Assembly: GCA_964450145.1 (NCBI GenBank)
Contig: CAYVDS010000005.1
Span: 1 to 63,381, forward strand
Source of the DNA: an uncultured bacterium
Lineage (GTDB): Bacteria > Abyssobacteria > SURF-5
Direction of reading: 5' to 3'
DNA length: 63,381 nucleotides
Numbering within the stretch: position 1 is the first letter of the stretch; every line of letters begins with the position of its first letter. The notes below the pieces were generated by a model. The model saw nothing but the letters and a program-made list of their open reading frames with translations, ran no database searches and was not told where the DNA came from. Of the stretch, positions 38,287-47,052 are shown piece by piece. Both the position numbers and the translations under genes were made by a program.

Positions 38287-39543
38287 ATGCTAAGAAAATC
38301 GATACCGATTGTGCTTGTCTCTTTTATCATCTCATTCGTCACGCCGAAGCCTCAAGCGAACGCGGCTGACTGGAAAAACTGCATAGGGTGTCACGCCGAG
38401 CAGAAAGAGGCCTCAAGGGCGCCTTTCGTAGACCTCGCCGTCCTCGAGAAGTCGGTGCACAAGAAGTTGAAATGCCTTGACTGCCACGCCGACGTCCACG
38501 AGGTCAAACATGCGGTTGGTGAGACGCCTCATCAGAGATATCCCGAGAAGGTGAGTTGCACGACACGATGCCACATCAAGGGCAACACGATGGGGGCGCC
38601 GGATTTTTCGCCGATGGAACAATACAAAGACAGCGTGCATGCGATTGCTCAACGGGCGGGTATGCCTGAAAGCGCGACATGCACCGACTGCCACGGTCGG
38701 CATAACATCAGGTCAAGAAACGACCCTGAATCGAGCGTTTACCGAGCGAACGTTCCGCGGACATGCGCTGTATGCCACGAGAACATGCAGGTGGTAGTGA
38801 AGCACCATATACATGCCGAGAAACCATTTCAGGAGTACGAGCAGAGCGTCCATGGGAGAGGCCTGTATCGCGATGGGTTAGTTGAGGTTGCCGCAGTGTG
38901 CACCGATTGTCACGGCATCCATGATATTCAGGCGGCCGGCACGCCCGGTCTGAGGGCTCGGCGACCGGAAACCTGCGGGAAGTGCCATAAGGGTATCTTC
39001 GACGTCTACAAGGAAAGCGCGCACGGCAAGGCCGCCATCGAGAAGTTGAATCCCGACGCTCCTGTTTGCGCCGATTGTCACGGCGAACATAAGATCGCCG
39101 TTCCAGCGAAGGAGATGATTCCCAGCATCTGCTCGCAATGCCATAGCGAAGAAGGGATCATGTCAAAATACGAGATACCGATTGACAGGACGGGAACGTA
39201 CGAACAAAGTTATCATGGTATCGCGAGCAGCTACGGCAGCAAGACAGTCGCGAACTGCGCGAGCTGCCATGGGTATCACGACATCCGGCCGCCGACGGAC
39301 CCGAAGTCGTCGGTATTTCCCGCAAACTTGGTGAAGACGTGCGGAAAGGCGAAGTGTCATCCGGGCATATCAGCCAAGGTCGCCTCAATGAAGATTCACG
39401 TTGACGTAAAGAAGAAGGAGTCCGGCGGGGTTTACTACGTCCGGCAAATCTTCGTCTGGATATTCATCGGGCTGATAATTGTATCCTTCATTTGGGTGAT
39501 TCCTGATTTTGTCAGGAGGATGAGAAGAAGGGGTGCGCAGTAA
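38287..39543 (+). CDS. undecahaem c-type cytochrome, Sec signal peptide and C-terminal TM anchor
   Basis: ATG 38287 gives the signal peptide MLRKSIPIVLVSFIISFVTPKPQANA. 9 CxxCH plus CTTRCH (Cx3CH) and CGKAKCH (Cx4CH). C-terminal helix IFVWIFIGLIIVSFIWVI followed by RRMRRR. Confidence 0.9.
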   Translation: MLRKSIPIVLVSFIISFVTPKPQANAADWKNCIGCHAEQKEASRAPFVDLAVLEKSVHKKLKCLDCHADVHEVKHAVGETPHQRYPEKVSCTTRCHIKGNTMGAPDFSPMEQYKDSVHAIAQRAGMPESATCTDCHGRHNIRSRNDPESSVYRANVPRTCAVCHENMQVVVKHHIHAEKPFQEYEQSVHGRGLYRDGLVEVAAVCTDCHGIHDIQAAGTPGLRARRPETCGKCHKGIFDVYKESAHGKAAIEKLNPDAPVCADCHGEHKIAVPAKEMIPSICSQCHSEEGIMSKYEIPIDRTGTYEQSYHGIASSYGSKTVANCASCHGYHDIRPPTDPKSSVFPANLVKTCGKAKCHPGISAKVASMKIHVDVKKKESGGVYYVRQIFVWIFIGLIIVSFIWVIPDFVRRMRRRGAQ

Positions 39544-40824
39544 ATGAGGCTGGCGATAAACGTGGCCGCAGCGGCGGCAATCATGGTTGTAGCTGTAATC
39601 TGCGCGCCGGCGTTTGCTGTCACGAGCGAGGACTGCCTTTCGTGCCATGACGACCCATCCATGGTGAACGCGCAGGGCGTGTCGCTGCGGGTAGACCCGA
39701 AGGCTTACAAGGGCTCGATTCACGGGGAGAGCGGGCTCGAATGTGTGGACTGCCATGCGGCGCTCAGCGACGTCGAGGATTTCCCGCACGAAACGCCGGT
39801 GGCGAAGGTGGATTGTTCGGCGTGCCACAGCCAGGAGTCGGAAGACTATAAAGCGAGCATGCACGGCAGGGGCTTTGCGAGGAACGACCCATCAGTCCCC
39901 GTATGCTCGACATGTCACGGATCACACGATAGACGCCTGCCGGAAAACCCGGAATCTTCGGTGTATCCGTTGAACCTCGTTTCCGTGTGCATAAAGTGCC
40001 ATACCGACACCCGGATAGTAGCGGAGCACCACTTACCGCCTCCCGAGAAAATCAAGGCCTATGAGAGCAGCGTCCATATGAAGGCGCTCGAGGAGAAGGG
40101 CCTTACGGTAGCGGCGGCGTGCAACGATTGCCACGGTTCTCACAAGATTATGCCACCCGACGACCCCGATTCGTCCGCCAACAGATTCAACATCCCAACG
40201 ACCTGTGCGAAATGCCATCAAGGCATTTACCAGACCTATATCGAGAGCGTGCACGGACAAGACTTCCTTAAGCGGAACAAGGATGTTCCAATCTGCACCG
40301 ACTGTCATGGGGAACATTCTATCAAGGCTCACACGAGCCCGGAATCAACGGTCTATGCGACGCATGTCGCCGAGATATGCTCGAAATGTCATGAGAATGA
40401 AACGCTGAGCAAACGGTACGGGTTTGCCGCCAGGCGGCTGAAGACGTACCTGGGAACATATCACGGCATCGCCTCCAAGATGGGCGATATCAAGGTGGCG
40501 AATTGCGCGAGCTGTCACGGCTACCACGATATCAGGCCGGCAAACGACCCCCGGTCGTTGATCAACCCAAACAACATCCCGAAGACCTGCGGCAAATGCC
40601 ACCCGCAGGCGGGCAAGAATTTTGCCATCGGCAAGGTGCATGTGTCCGAGGCGCGCGAGAGCAGCATGGGCGCGTTCGTTGTCGAGAAGTTCTACACAAT
40701 TTTCATTGTCGCAAATATCAGTGGGTTTATCGTTTTCATAGCGGTCGATCTTTACGCCCGGCGCCGAAAGAGGATGCGCGAGCGCCAGGCGGCGACGGAT
40801 GAAGAGAGGACGCAGGAGCAATGA
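39544..40824 (+). CDS. undecahaem c-type cytochrome (paralogue of the preceding gene), C-terminal TM anchor
   Basis: Signal peptide ...VICAPAFA. 11 canonical CxxCH collinear with the upstream paralogue. C-terminal helix IFIVANISGFIVFIAVDL followed by RRRKR. Confidence 0.9.
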   Translation: MRLAINVAAAAAIMVVAVICAPAFAVTSEDCLSCHDDPSMVNAQGVSLRVDPKAYKGSIHGESGLECVDCHAALSDVEDFPHETPVAKVDCSACHSQESEDYKASMHGRGFARNDPSVPVCSTCHGSHDRRLPENPESSVYPLNLVSVCIKCHTDTRIVAEHHLPPPEKIKAYESSVHMKALEEKGLTVAAACNDCHGSHKIMPPDDPDSSANRFNIPTTCAKCHQGIYQTYIESVHGQDFLKRNKDVPICTDCHGEHSIKAHTSPESTVYATHVAEICSKCHENETLSKRYGFAARRLKTYLGTYHGIASKMGDIKVANCASCHGYHDIRPANDPRSLINPNNIPKTCGKCHPQAGKNFAIGKVHVSEARESSMGAFVVEKFYTIFIVANISGFIVFIAVDLYARRRKRMRERQAATDEERTQEQ

Positions 40825-41660
40825 TTCGCGACGACGATTTGGAGCTTTTGGCGAAAGCAAAGGCCACCGGAATGCTGGCGAACGAGGCCGTCACCGAGGA
40901 TATGCTCGTTCAGGAGGACGAGGAGTTCGAGCGTCTTACGCTGGCCGAGCGCATTCAGCATGTCATCCTGTTTACGAGCTTTTTCACGCTCGTGATGACT
41001 GGGCTTCCGCTCGTGTTTTCGACTGCCCCGTTCATACACAAACTTTTCTTTTTCCCTTCGAGTTTCTGGCTGCGCGGCATTGTTCATCGGATTGCCGGGG
41101 TAACGCTCATCGGAGTTGGGATTTTCCAGATTTTCTACGTCATGTGGTCGGCGCACGGCAACCGCGATTTCCGGAAGATCATCCCAAACCCTGAAGATGC
41201 GCGGGACGCGATAAACCTGTTCCTCTGCAATCTGGGTCTCCGGGAAGAAAGGCCCAGATTCGGGAAATTTAACTTTATAGAGAAATTCGAGTATTGGGCT
41301 TTAGCGTGGGGCACCTTCGTCATGGCGCTTACGGGCCTCATGCTGTGGTTTCAGGAGGCCTCGATCGCGCTGTTCCCCATCTGGGTGCTCGACATCGTTC
41401 GAATAGTGCATGGGTTCGAGGCCATCCTTGCGTTTCTCGCCATTATCATCTGGCACATGTACAACGTGCACCTCAACCCCGAGGTGTTCCCGATGAGCAA
41501 GGTGTGGATCACGGGAAAGATTTCGAAGGAAGAGATGATGGAACATCACCCGCTCGAATATAAAGAGATTCTCAGGGAGCGCCGTGAAAAAGTGGAAGTG
41601 GAGAGAGTGAAGGCGCTGATCGAGGAGGTCCGACACAAAAAATCGGAGGGAAACGAATAA
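40821..41660 (+). CDS. membrane b-type cytochrome subunit (FdnI/HydC-like)
   Basis: ATGA overlap with the cytochrome c gene. 4-5 TM helices with conserved His (IQHVILF, VHRIAGV, IVHGFEAILAFLAIIIWH). Confidence 0.7.
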   Translation: MIRDDDLELLAKAKATGMLANEAVTEDMLVQEDEEFERLTLAERIQHVILFTSFFTLVMTGLPLVFSTAPFIHKLFFFPSSFWLRGIVHRIAGVTLIGVGIFQIFYVMWSAHGNRDFRKIIPNPEDARDAINLFLCNLGLREERPRFGKFNFIEKFEYWALAWGTFVMALTGLMLWFQEASIALFPIWVLDIVRIVHGFEAILAFLAIIIWHMYNVHLNPEVFPMSKVWITGKISKEEMMEHHPLEYKEILRERREKVEVERVKALIEEVRHKKSEGNE

Positions 41661-41682
41661 TAGCAACTCTCTCCAAGCGCCC

Positions 41683-42183
41683 TCAAGCGCTCTCGGACAG
41701 TATTGCGCGGGCCTTCTGAAGCGCGACGATGTGTGTCTTTTCTTGTTCTATGAATTTGTCGATGAGCTTTCTCCCCTCGACGCCGGCGATCTCCCTGCAT
41801 TCGCGAAGAAGAAGAATGTTGTCCCTTTCGAAACCGATGGCCATGTCTATCGCTTCGTTCTCATCCGCTAAGTTCTGCGCGGCGGTGGCCGCTTGTTCCG
41901 GACTCAAGAATATGCGGTGATCGATGAGTGCGAGAATATACCGTCTGAAATCGGCCGTAAGCTTGTCGGCGGGTTTTGCCGCCGCCCTTCGCGCTTCAAG
42001 TTTTGCGGAGAGCTTTAGGAAAGCAAGGCGGTGCATCCTCTCGGCGCGCATCATCATCTGAGCCAGTTTTCTTATCTTTTCGTTGCCAGTACGGCGCGCC
42101 AGACTCTCATAGAAAGCCGCCCCTTCCTCTTCCACCATTGCCAACTTCTGTATCAAACCTCCTACATCCAGCACTTGTGCCAT
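41683..42183 (-). CDS. ferritin-like / rubrerythrin-like di-iron domain protein
   Basis: 166 aa, four-helix pattern with paired E...ExxH motifs (EEEGAAFYE, AERMH, FERDN, EQEKTH). Confidence 0.6.
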   Translation of the reverse strand: MAQVLDVGGLIQKLAMVEEEGAAFYESLARRTGNEKIRKLAQMMMRAERMHRLAFLKLSAKLEARRAAAKPADKLTADFRRYILALIDHRIFLSPEQAATAAQNLADENEAIDMAIGFERDNILLLRECREIAGVEGRKLIDKFIEQEKTHIVALQKARAILSESA

Positions 42184-42381
42184 GCTCTCAGTCCTCCTGC
42201 GGTTGGTTCAATTTGCATTGTAGCATATTTCCTCTGCGTTCGCCACGACTCACGAGAATGGCCTCCCCGGAAAGAGGCGAAAGGAGAAAGGCGAAAAGGG
42301 AAAGAGGGAACGATACGCGGTGAATGATGAATGAAGAGAGTTTATTCGCAACGTCCCAAAGTGGCGAGTAGCATCTTCTGA

Positions 42382-43824
42382 TCAGAGCTTCATCTTGAGT
42401 ATTTCGACAAAGCGGCGAAGACCGCCCTTCGGGGGTTGCGCTTTGGGCGCGGCTTGGCCGCCGCGCGCCGCCGTCTGTGATACCATGCCCACCGGAATCG
42501 CCGAGTCGCGAAGGGATGGAGGCTTTAGAAGCTCCGACGCGATGTAACGGATGCATCGCGCGGCGGGGCGTTCGGGAAATTGCGCGATGTAGGGCTTTCT
42601 CATTTTCTCGGTTTCTCTGAAAGTATCGCGATCGTAAGGCACGAAACCGAGGTAGCCTATCTCGATCTTAAACTTGCCGTCGTCCTTGAAGTGTTTGGCG
42701 GCAGTGGCGGCTACTTTACTGAATACTTTTCCGCCCATCTCAGTGGATTCAACCTGATTGATGATAAACTTGGGGGAAAAAGTTTCTTTCATCTGATACT
42801 CGTGAATCTGTTGCGCAAGTTTTGTCTCGATGTCTTTGAACCTGAAATAGCCCGCTTTGAGGCAAGCATAACCCGAGACGATATCCTGCGGCGTCGTGAT
42901 GATGATGACCTCATTTGCCGCGAGCGCGAAGTCGAGCACACTCTCATCGATACCGGCGCCCAGGTCAAGTACAACCACCTCGTATTCCTTGCTTATTTCC
43001 TGGAAACTCCGGATGAATTTCAATTTTTGCACGTAGACGAGATTCGCAAGCTGATATTCGCCCGATTGTCCGCCGACAAAATCGAATCCGTACTGTGTTT
43101 TCGCGATTATTTCGCTGATGTCCTTTTCCTTGCTTAACAGGTCCATCAACGTGTGCTGGGGACGGATGCCGACTTTCACACCGACGTTCGCGTTCCCCAG
43201 ATCAACATCTATGAGCAACGTCTTCATCTTCATCGCGGCGAAGGCGCATGCAAGATTGACCGCGATGTGGGTTTTTCCGACACCGCCCTTGTTCGAGATT
43301 ATGGCGAAAATTCGAGCTTCTTTTGCAGGAGATTTCCCTTCTTCGATCTCCTTTCGAATTTCGCTCTCGAGTTGCTGCGCGTGCGACATCCGATAGTTCT
43401 TCGTGAAATACTGGAGTTCTATCGATTCGAGAATATCTTCGCGCGTCGAAATCAGCGGTGTGATTTCCAGCCTTGAGACCTTCGATAGTTCTTCGAGAGC
43501 GTCAAGGTCCATGGGATCGCACATGGCGATTTCGAGGAAGCCATCGTTGGCCCGAATAGGAACGCACTTGTATTTTCTTGCGAGATGTTCCGGGACGAGG
43601 TCGATAGCGTTGGGTTGCATTGGCGTAGTGTAGAGATCGACATAAGGGATTTCCAGTTGCTCAGCCAAGGCGTGGGCAAGCCTCTTCTCGTCGACGATTT
43701 TCATCTCTATCAAGACTTCTCCAAGAGGTTTCAAGAGTTCTTTCTGCTTTGTCAGCGCGTCGTCAAGCTCCTTCTGCGAGATAACGCCGTGTTCGAGCAG
43801 AAAGTCACCCAGCCTCGTGTTCAC
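42382..43824 (-). CDS. MshEN (T2SSE_N, c-di-GMP receptor motif) fused to FlhG/MinD/ParA-type ATPase
   Basis: GTG 43824, about 9 nt after an AAGGA Shine-Dalgarno-like sequence, gives MNTRLGDFLLEHG... (alternatives ATG 43887, TTG 43965). Tandem 24-residue MshEN motifs separated by a 5-residue spacer. Deviant Walker A IISNKGGVGKT, VVVLDLGAG. Possible C-terminal amphipathic tail LRRFVEILKMKL. Confidence 0.75.
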   Translation of the reverse strand: MNTRLGDFLLEHGVISQKELDDALTKQKELLKPLGEVLIEMKIVDEKRLAHALAEQLEIPYVDLYTTPMQPNAIDLVPEHLARKYKCVPIRANDGFLEIAMCDPMDLDALEELSKVSRLEITPLISTREDILESIELQYFTKNYRMSHAQQLESEIRKEIEEGKSPAKEARIFAIISNKGGVGKTHIAVNLACAFAAMKMKTLLIDVDLGNANVGVKVGIRPQHTLMDLLSKEKDISEIIAKTQYGFDFVGGQSGEYQLANLVYVQKLKFIRSFQEISKEYEVVVLDLGAGIDESVLDFALAANEVIIITTPQDIVSGYACLKAGYFRFKDIETKLAQQIHEYQMKETFSPKFIINQVESTEMGGKVFSKVAATAAKHFKDDGKFKIEIGYLGFVPYDRDTFRETEKMRKPYIAQFPERPAARCIRYIASELLKPPSLRDSAIPVGMVSQTAARGGQAAPKAQPPKGGLRRFVEILKMKL

Positions 43825-44090
43825 TGCAACCGTCCTTTCCCCCTCCGACTCTTGCTTCGCACCGCCTTTAGCGGCATCTGGAAACATATTCCAAAATGCC
43901 CGCTTCCGGCAAAAAGCAATATCAATGCCAACGTTGGAAGATGGTCGTAAGATTAATTCACGCAATGGATTAGGGGGCGCAGCTTTGTGTCAGGTCGTTT
44001 AGTGCATATGGCAAAAATTGGACATGGGTGCTCACTCCGGTGCGCTCAACCGGAAACCTTTGACGCCTCAGAAAAAGCCTCAGAAAAAGC

Positions 44091-44119
44091 TTGACAAACT
44101 GAAGTTAGGATGCTATACT
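44091..44119 (+). promoter_or_regulatory. sigma70-like promoter of fur-feoB
   Basis: TTGACA - 17 nt - TATACT (coordinates anchored to ORF 44018..44584). Confidence 0.55.
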
Positions 44120-44128
44120 CTGGTTGCG

Positions 44129-44141
44129 ATTGAGTCTCAAT
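44129..44141 (+). promoter_or_regulatory. palindromic operator candidate (autoregulatory Fur-family box?)
   Basis: ATTGAG-T-CTCAAT, a perfect 6-1-6 palindrome 10 nt downstream of the -10 hexamer. Confidence 0.35.
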
Positions 44142-44158
44142 TGTTGAGGAAAGACGCT

Positions 44159-44584
44159 GTGGCTAAAGAACATGAGCTTTTCAGAAATTTCCTCGGCGAG
44201 AAACAGCTTAAGCTGACGCCGCAACGCAGGGCGATTTTGGATATCGTCTTCGAGACTCACCGCCACTTCGACGCTGAAGAGTTGGTCGAGATCATCAGGC
44301 AGAGGCAGAAGAGAATCTCGCGGGCGACGGTTTACCGAACATTGGACTTGCTTGTCAGGGCCGGGCTCGTGGCCGCGATGGAGTTGGGAGAAACCCGAAA
44401 GGTGTACGAGCACGTGACGGGCCATAAGCATCACGACCATATGATCTGCACGAAATGCGGGAGAGCGATAGAATTCGATGACGGTTTCATCGAGTTGCTG
44501 CAACAGAAGGTGTGTGACCGATTGAATTTTGAAGCGGAGACACATAGCCTTCGCATATTTGGGCGTTGTGAGAAGTGCCGATGA
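44159..44584 (+). CDS. fur: Fur-family metalloregulator
   Basis: LTPQRRAILDIV...HFDAEEL...ISRATVYRTLDLL...HHDHMICTKCGRAIEF...CEKC. GTG 44159 (or TTG 44141) lies downstream of the predicted promoter. The ORF-track start at 44018 would lie upstream of that promoter. Confidence 0.85.
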   Translation: MAKEHELFRNFLGEKQLKLTPQRRAILDIVFETHRHFDAEELVEIIRQRQKRISRATVYRTLDLLVRAGLVAAMELGETRKVYEHVTGHKHHDHMICTKCGRAIEFDDGFIELLQQKVCDRLNFEAETHSLRIFGRCEKCR

Positions 44585-44641
44585 GATTTTTCTTGAACTA
44601 ATTTTGAGACAGAGTCGCATTTGCAGGAGACAGAAAGAGCC

Positions 44642-46615
44642 ATGCATCATCAGTCGGACGACAAAGTAGTGCTCAGGAGTTCAGTCTCAGAGCCCACGAT
44701 CGCTTTGGTGGGCAATCCAAACGTCGGGAAGAGCGTGATTTTCTCGCTGCTGACGGGCAAATACGTGACGGTCTCGAACTATCCGGGGACGACCGTCGAA
44801 ATCACGCGGGGGACCTCGAACTTCGACGGCGGCGCGCATCGCGTAATCGATACGCCCGGCGCCAACAGTCTCACCCCGCGAAGCGAAGACGAGAAAGTCA
44901 CCCGCGACTTACTTCTCTCGCAGAATTCAACGACCGTCATCCAGGTGGCTGACTCAAAGAACCTCCGGCGGTCTCTCATCCTGACTTCACAAATAGCCGA
45001 AATGGGCATACCGATGGTTCTTGCGCTGAACATGGCGGACGAGGCGAAAAGCGCGGGCATACGCATCGACACGAAAAAACTCTCGGAACGCATCGGGGTC
45101 CCAGCGGTCGAAACAGTCGCCACCGAGGGACGAGGCATAAACAAGCTCATTGGATTACTCGCCTCCGCGAAACCCTCCACCTTCAAAATAGAGCAGCATC
45201 CTCACCTCAAAGCGGCAAGAGAGAAGATTGCTCGTATCCTGCCGGACACGCCCGTGTCGCGAGAAGCCGTGGCGAACATGATTCTTGCGGGCGATCATGG
45301 CCTCGACAAATGGCTTAAGACGAATTGCAGTGAGGCCGAGATTGGGGCGATCCGCTCTATCGTGGAGGAAACAGACGCGCATTTTCGCGAACCGCTCGCG
45401 TACCTGATAGGTAAAGGAAGGCTCGACCATATAGATGCCGTGCTGCAGGACGTAGTGCGCATCGAGCGAAAGGAGGGCGCGACGTGGACGAAACTCGTGG
45501 GCGACCTTTCGCAGCATCCGGTTTGGGGCGTGCCGATTTTGCTGTTCGTGCTTTACCTCATGTATCTCTTTGTCGGTCAATTCGCGGCGGGCACGTGCGT
45601 GGATTTCATCGAGTCCGTCATTTTTGGTGAGTATATCAACCCTGCGGTCATCTGGCTCGTGAGCAAGTTGCCAGTACCGGTCATACAAGATATGCTGGTA
45701 GGTGAATTCGGCCTCATCACCATGGGGCTGACATACGCCATCGCGATCGTGCTTCCGATTGTGGGCTTCTTCTTTCTCGCTTTCGGGGTGTTGGAAGACA
45801 CCGGTTACCTGCCGCGCCTGACTATTATGGCGAACAAGATTCTTAAGGTGATGGGAATGAACGGCAAGGCTGTGCTTCCGATGGTGCTTGGGTTGGGATG
45901 CGACACCATGGCGACGCTGACGACAAGAATACTGGATGGCAAGAAAGAACGGATAATCGCGACTTTTCTGCTTGCGCTTGCCATCCCCTGTTCGGCGCAG
46001 ATGGGCGTTATTCTTGGGATGCTGGGGAAGATCGCTATGAGCGCGTATGTCATATTCATCGTCGTGATTGTATTGCAGATGCTGGTTGTCGGCTATTTAG
46101 CGGGCAAACTCGTTCCTGGGGAGACATCGGATTTCATCATTGAGATTCCTCCGTTCCGGCTCCCGAAGCTATCGAATGTGCTGCTCAAGACGCTCTCGCG
46201 AGTCGAGTGGTTTCTGAAAGAAGCTGTGCCTCTCTTCCTGCTCGGGACGTTTGTCCTTTTTGTCGCGGACAAGCTGGGGATTCTCGGCGCTATCGTAAGG
46301 GCGGCGGAGCCTGTCGTCGTTAAGTTTCTGATGCTGCCTCCGCAGGCCGCCGTGTCGTTCGTGATGGGATTCTTGAGACGCGATTACGGGGCGGCCGGCT
46401 TGTACCGATTGCAGGAGGAGGGGTTGCTTGATCCAACGCAGGCAATTGTCAGCCTGGTTGTCATAACGCTGTTTATCCCGTGCATAGCCAACTTCTTCGT
46501 TATAATAAAGGAACGCGGCCTGAAGACGGCCATCGCAATGACGGCGCTCATTTTCCCGCTCGCGGTTGCCACGGGCGGAATTGTGAACTTTATTTTGAGG
46601 GCGTTCAACTACTAA
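44642..46615 (+). CDS. feoB: ferrous iron transporter FeoB
   Basis: ATG 44642 after AGGAGA. G-domain GNPNVGKS, DTPG, then a polytopic permease domain. No separate feoA upstream. Confidence 0.95.
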   Translation: MHHQSDDKVVLRSSVSEPTIALVGNPNVGKSVIFSLLTGKYVTVSNYPGTTVEITRGTSNFDGGAHRVIDTPGANSLTPRSEDEKVTRDLLLSQNSTTVIQVADSKNLRRSLILTSQIAEMGIPMVLALNMADEAKSAGIRIDTKKLSERIGVPAVETVATEGRGINKLIGLLASAKPSTFKIEQHPHLKAAREKIARILPDTPVSREAVANMILAGDHGLDKWLKTNCSEAEIGAIRSIVEETDAHFREPLAYLIGKGRLDHIDAVLQDVVRIERKEGATWTKLVGDLSQHPVWGVPILLFVLYLMYLFVGQFAAGTCVDFIESVIFGEYINPAVIWLVSKLPVPVIQDMLVGEFGLITMGLTYAIAIVLPIVGFFFLAFGVLEDTGYLPRLTIMANKILKVMGMNGKAVLPMVLGLGCDTMATLTTRILDGKKERIIATFLLALAIPCSAQMGVILGMLGKIAMSAYVIFIVVIVLQMLVVGYLAGKLVPGETSDFIIEIPPFRLPKLSNVLLKTLSRVEWFLKEAVPLFLLGTFVLFVADKLGILGAIVRAAEPVVVKFLMLPPQAAVSFVMGFLRRDYGAAGLYRLQEEGLLDPTQAIVSLVVITLFIPCIANFFVIIKERGLKTAIAMTALIFPLAVATGGIVNFILRAFNY

Positions 46616-46620
46616 GGCGT

Positions 46621-46656
46621 TGTAAACCGCAAAGGCGCAAAGTTCGCAGAGGAAGA
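46621..46656 (+). repeat. family D
   Basis: CCGCAAAGGCGCAAAGTTCGCAGAGGAAG. The first 22 nt are identical to the copy at 28698. Confidence 0.8.
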
Positions 46657-46701
46657 TTGCGGGCTATCCCGCAATTGGCGAATCGATATGAGCCTTTGTA
46701 T

Positions 46702-46770
46702 GTGCGAATTCATTCGCATACGATGTGACTACTTTAAGAGCCGCTTATGCGAATAAATTCGCACCTACAG
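46702..46770. repeat. family A doublet
   Basis: GTGCGAATTCATTCGCATACG - spacer - ATGCGAATAAATTCGCACCTACAG. Confidence 0.8.
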
Positions 46771-46846
46771 AGCTACAGGAAAGCCTTACGTGGAGCCCCT
46801 TTGCGGCTTAATTAGAGTGTTTTGGGGACGAACGGGAAGTAAAGAC

Positions 46847-47047
46847 ATGGACACTGCTGAGAGAGACACCAAGATGACGTGTACGTTGTGCGGAGCGGTG
46901 TTCGAGCCGGACGAGAACACGTGCGGGGGATGTGTGCTGCACAAGGACTGTAAAGTGGTGTGCTGTCCGAATTGCGGATTTGGGATACCGAAAGAGTCTA
47001 AGTTCGTTAGTTGGCTCAGGGAACATCTCGGAAAACAAAAGGAGTGA
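46847..47047 (+). CDS. small Cys-rich zinc-ribbon protein
   Basis: 66 aa from ATG 46847. CTLCG...CGGC...C...CCPNCG (8 Cys). Sits between feoB and dtxR. Confidence 0.5.
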   Translation: MDTAERDTKMTCTLCGAVFEPDENTCGGCVLHKDCKVVCCPNCGFGIPKESKFVSWLREHLGKQKE

Positions 47048-47052
47048 CTAAG

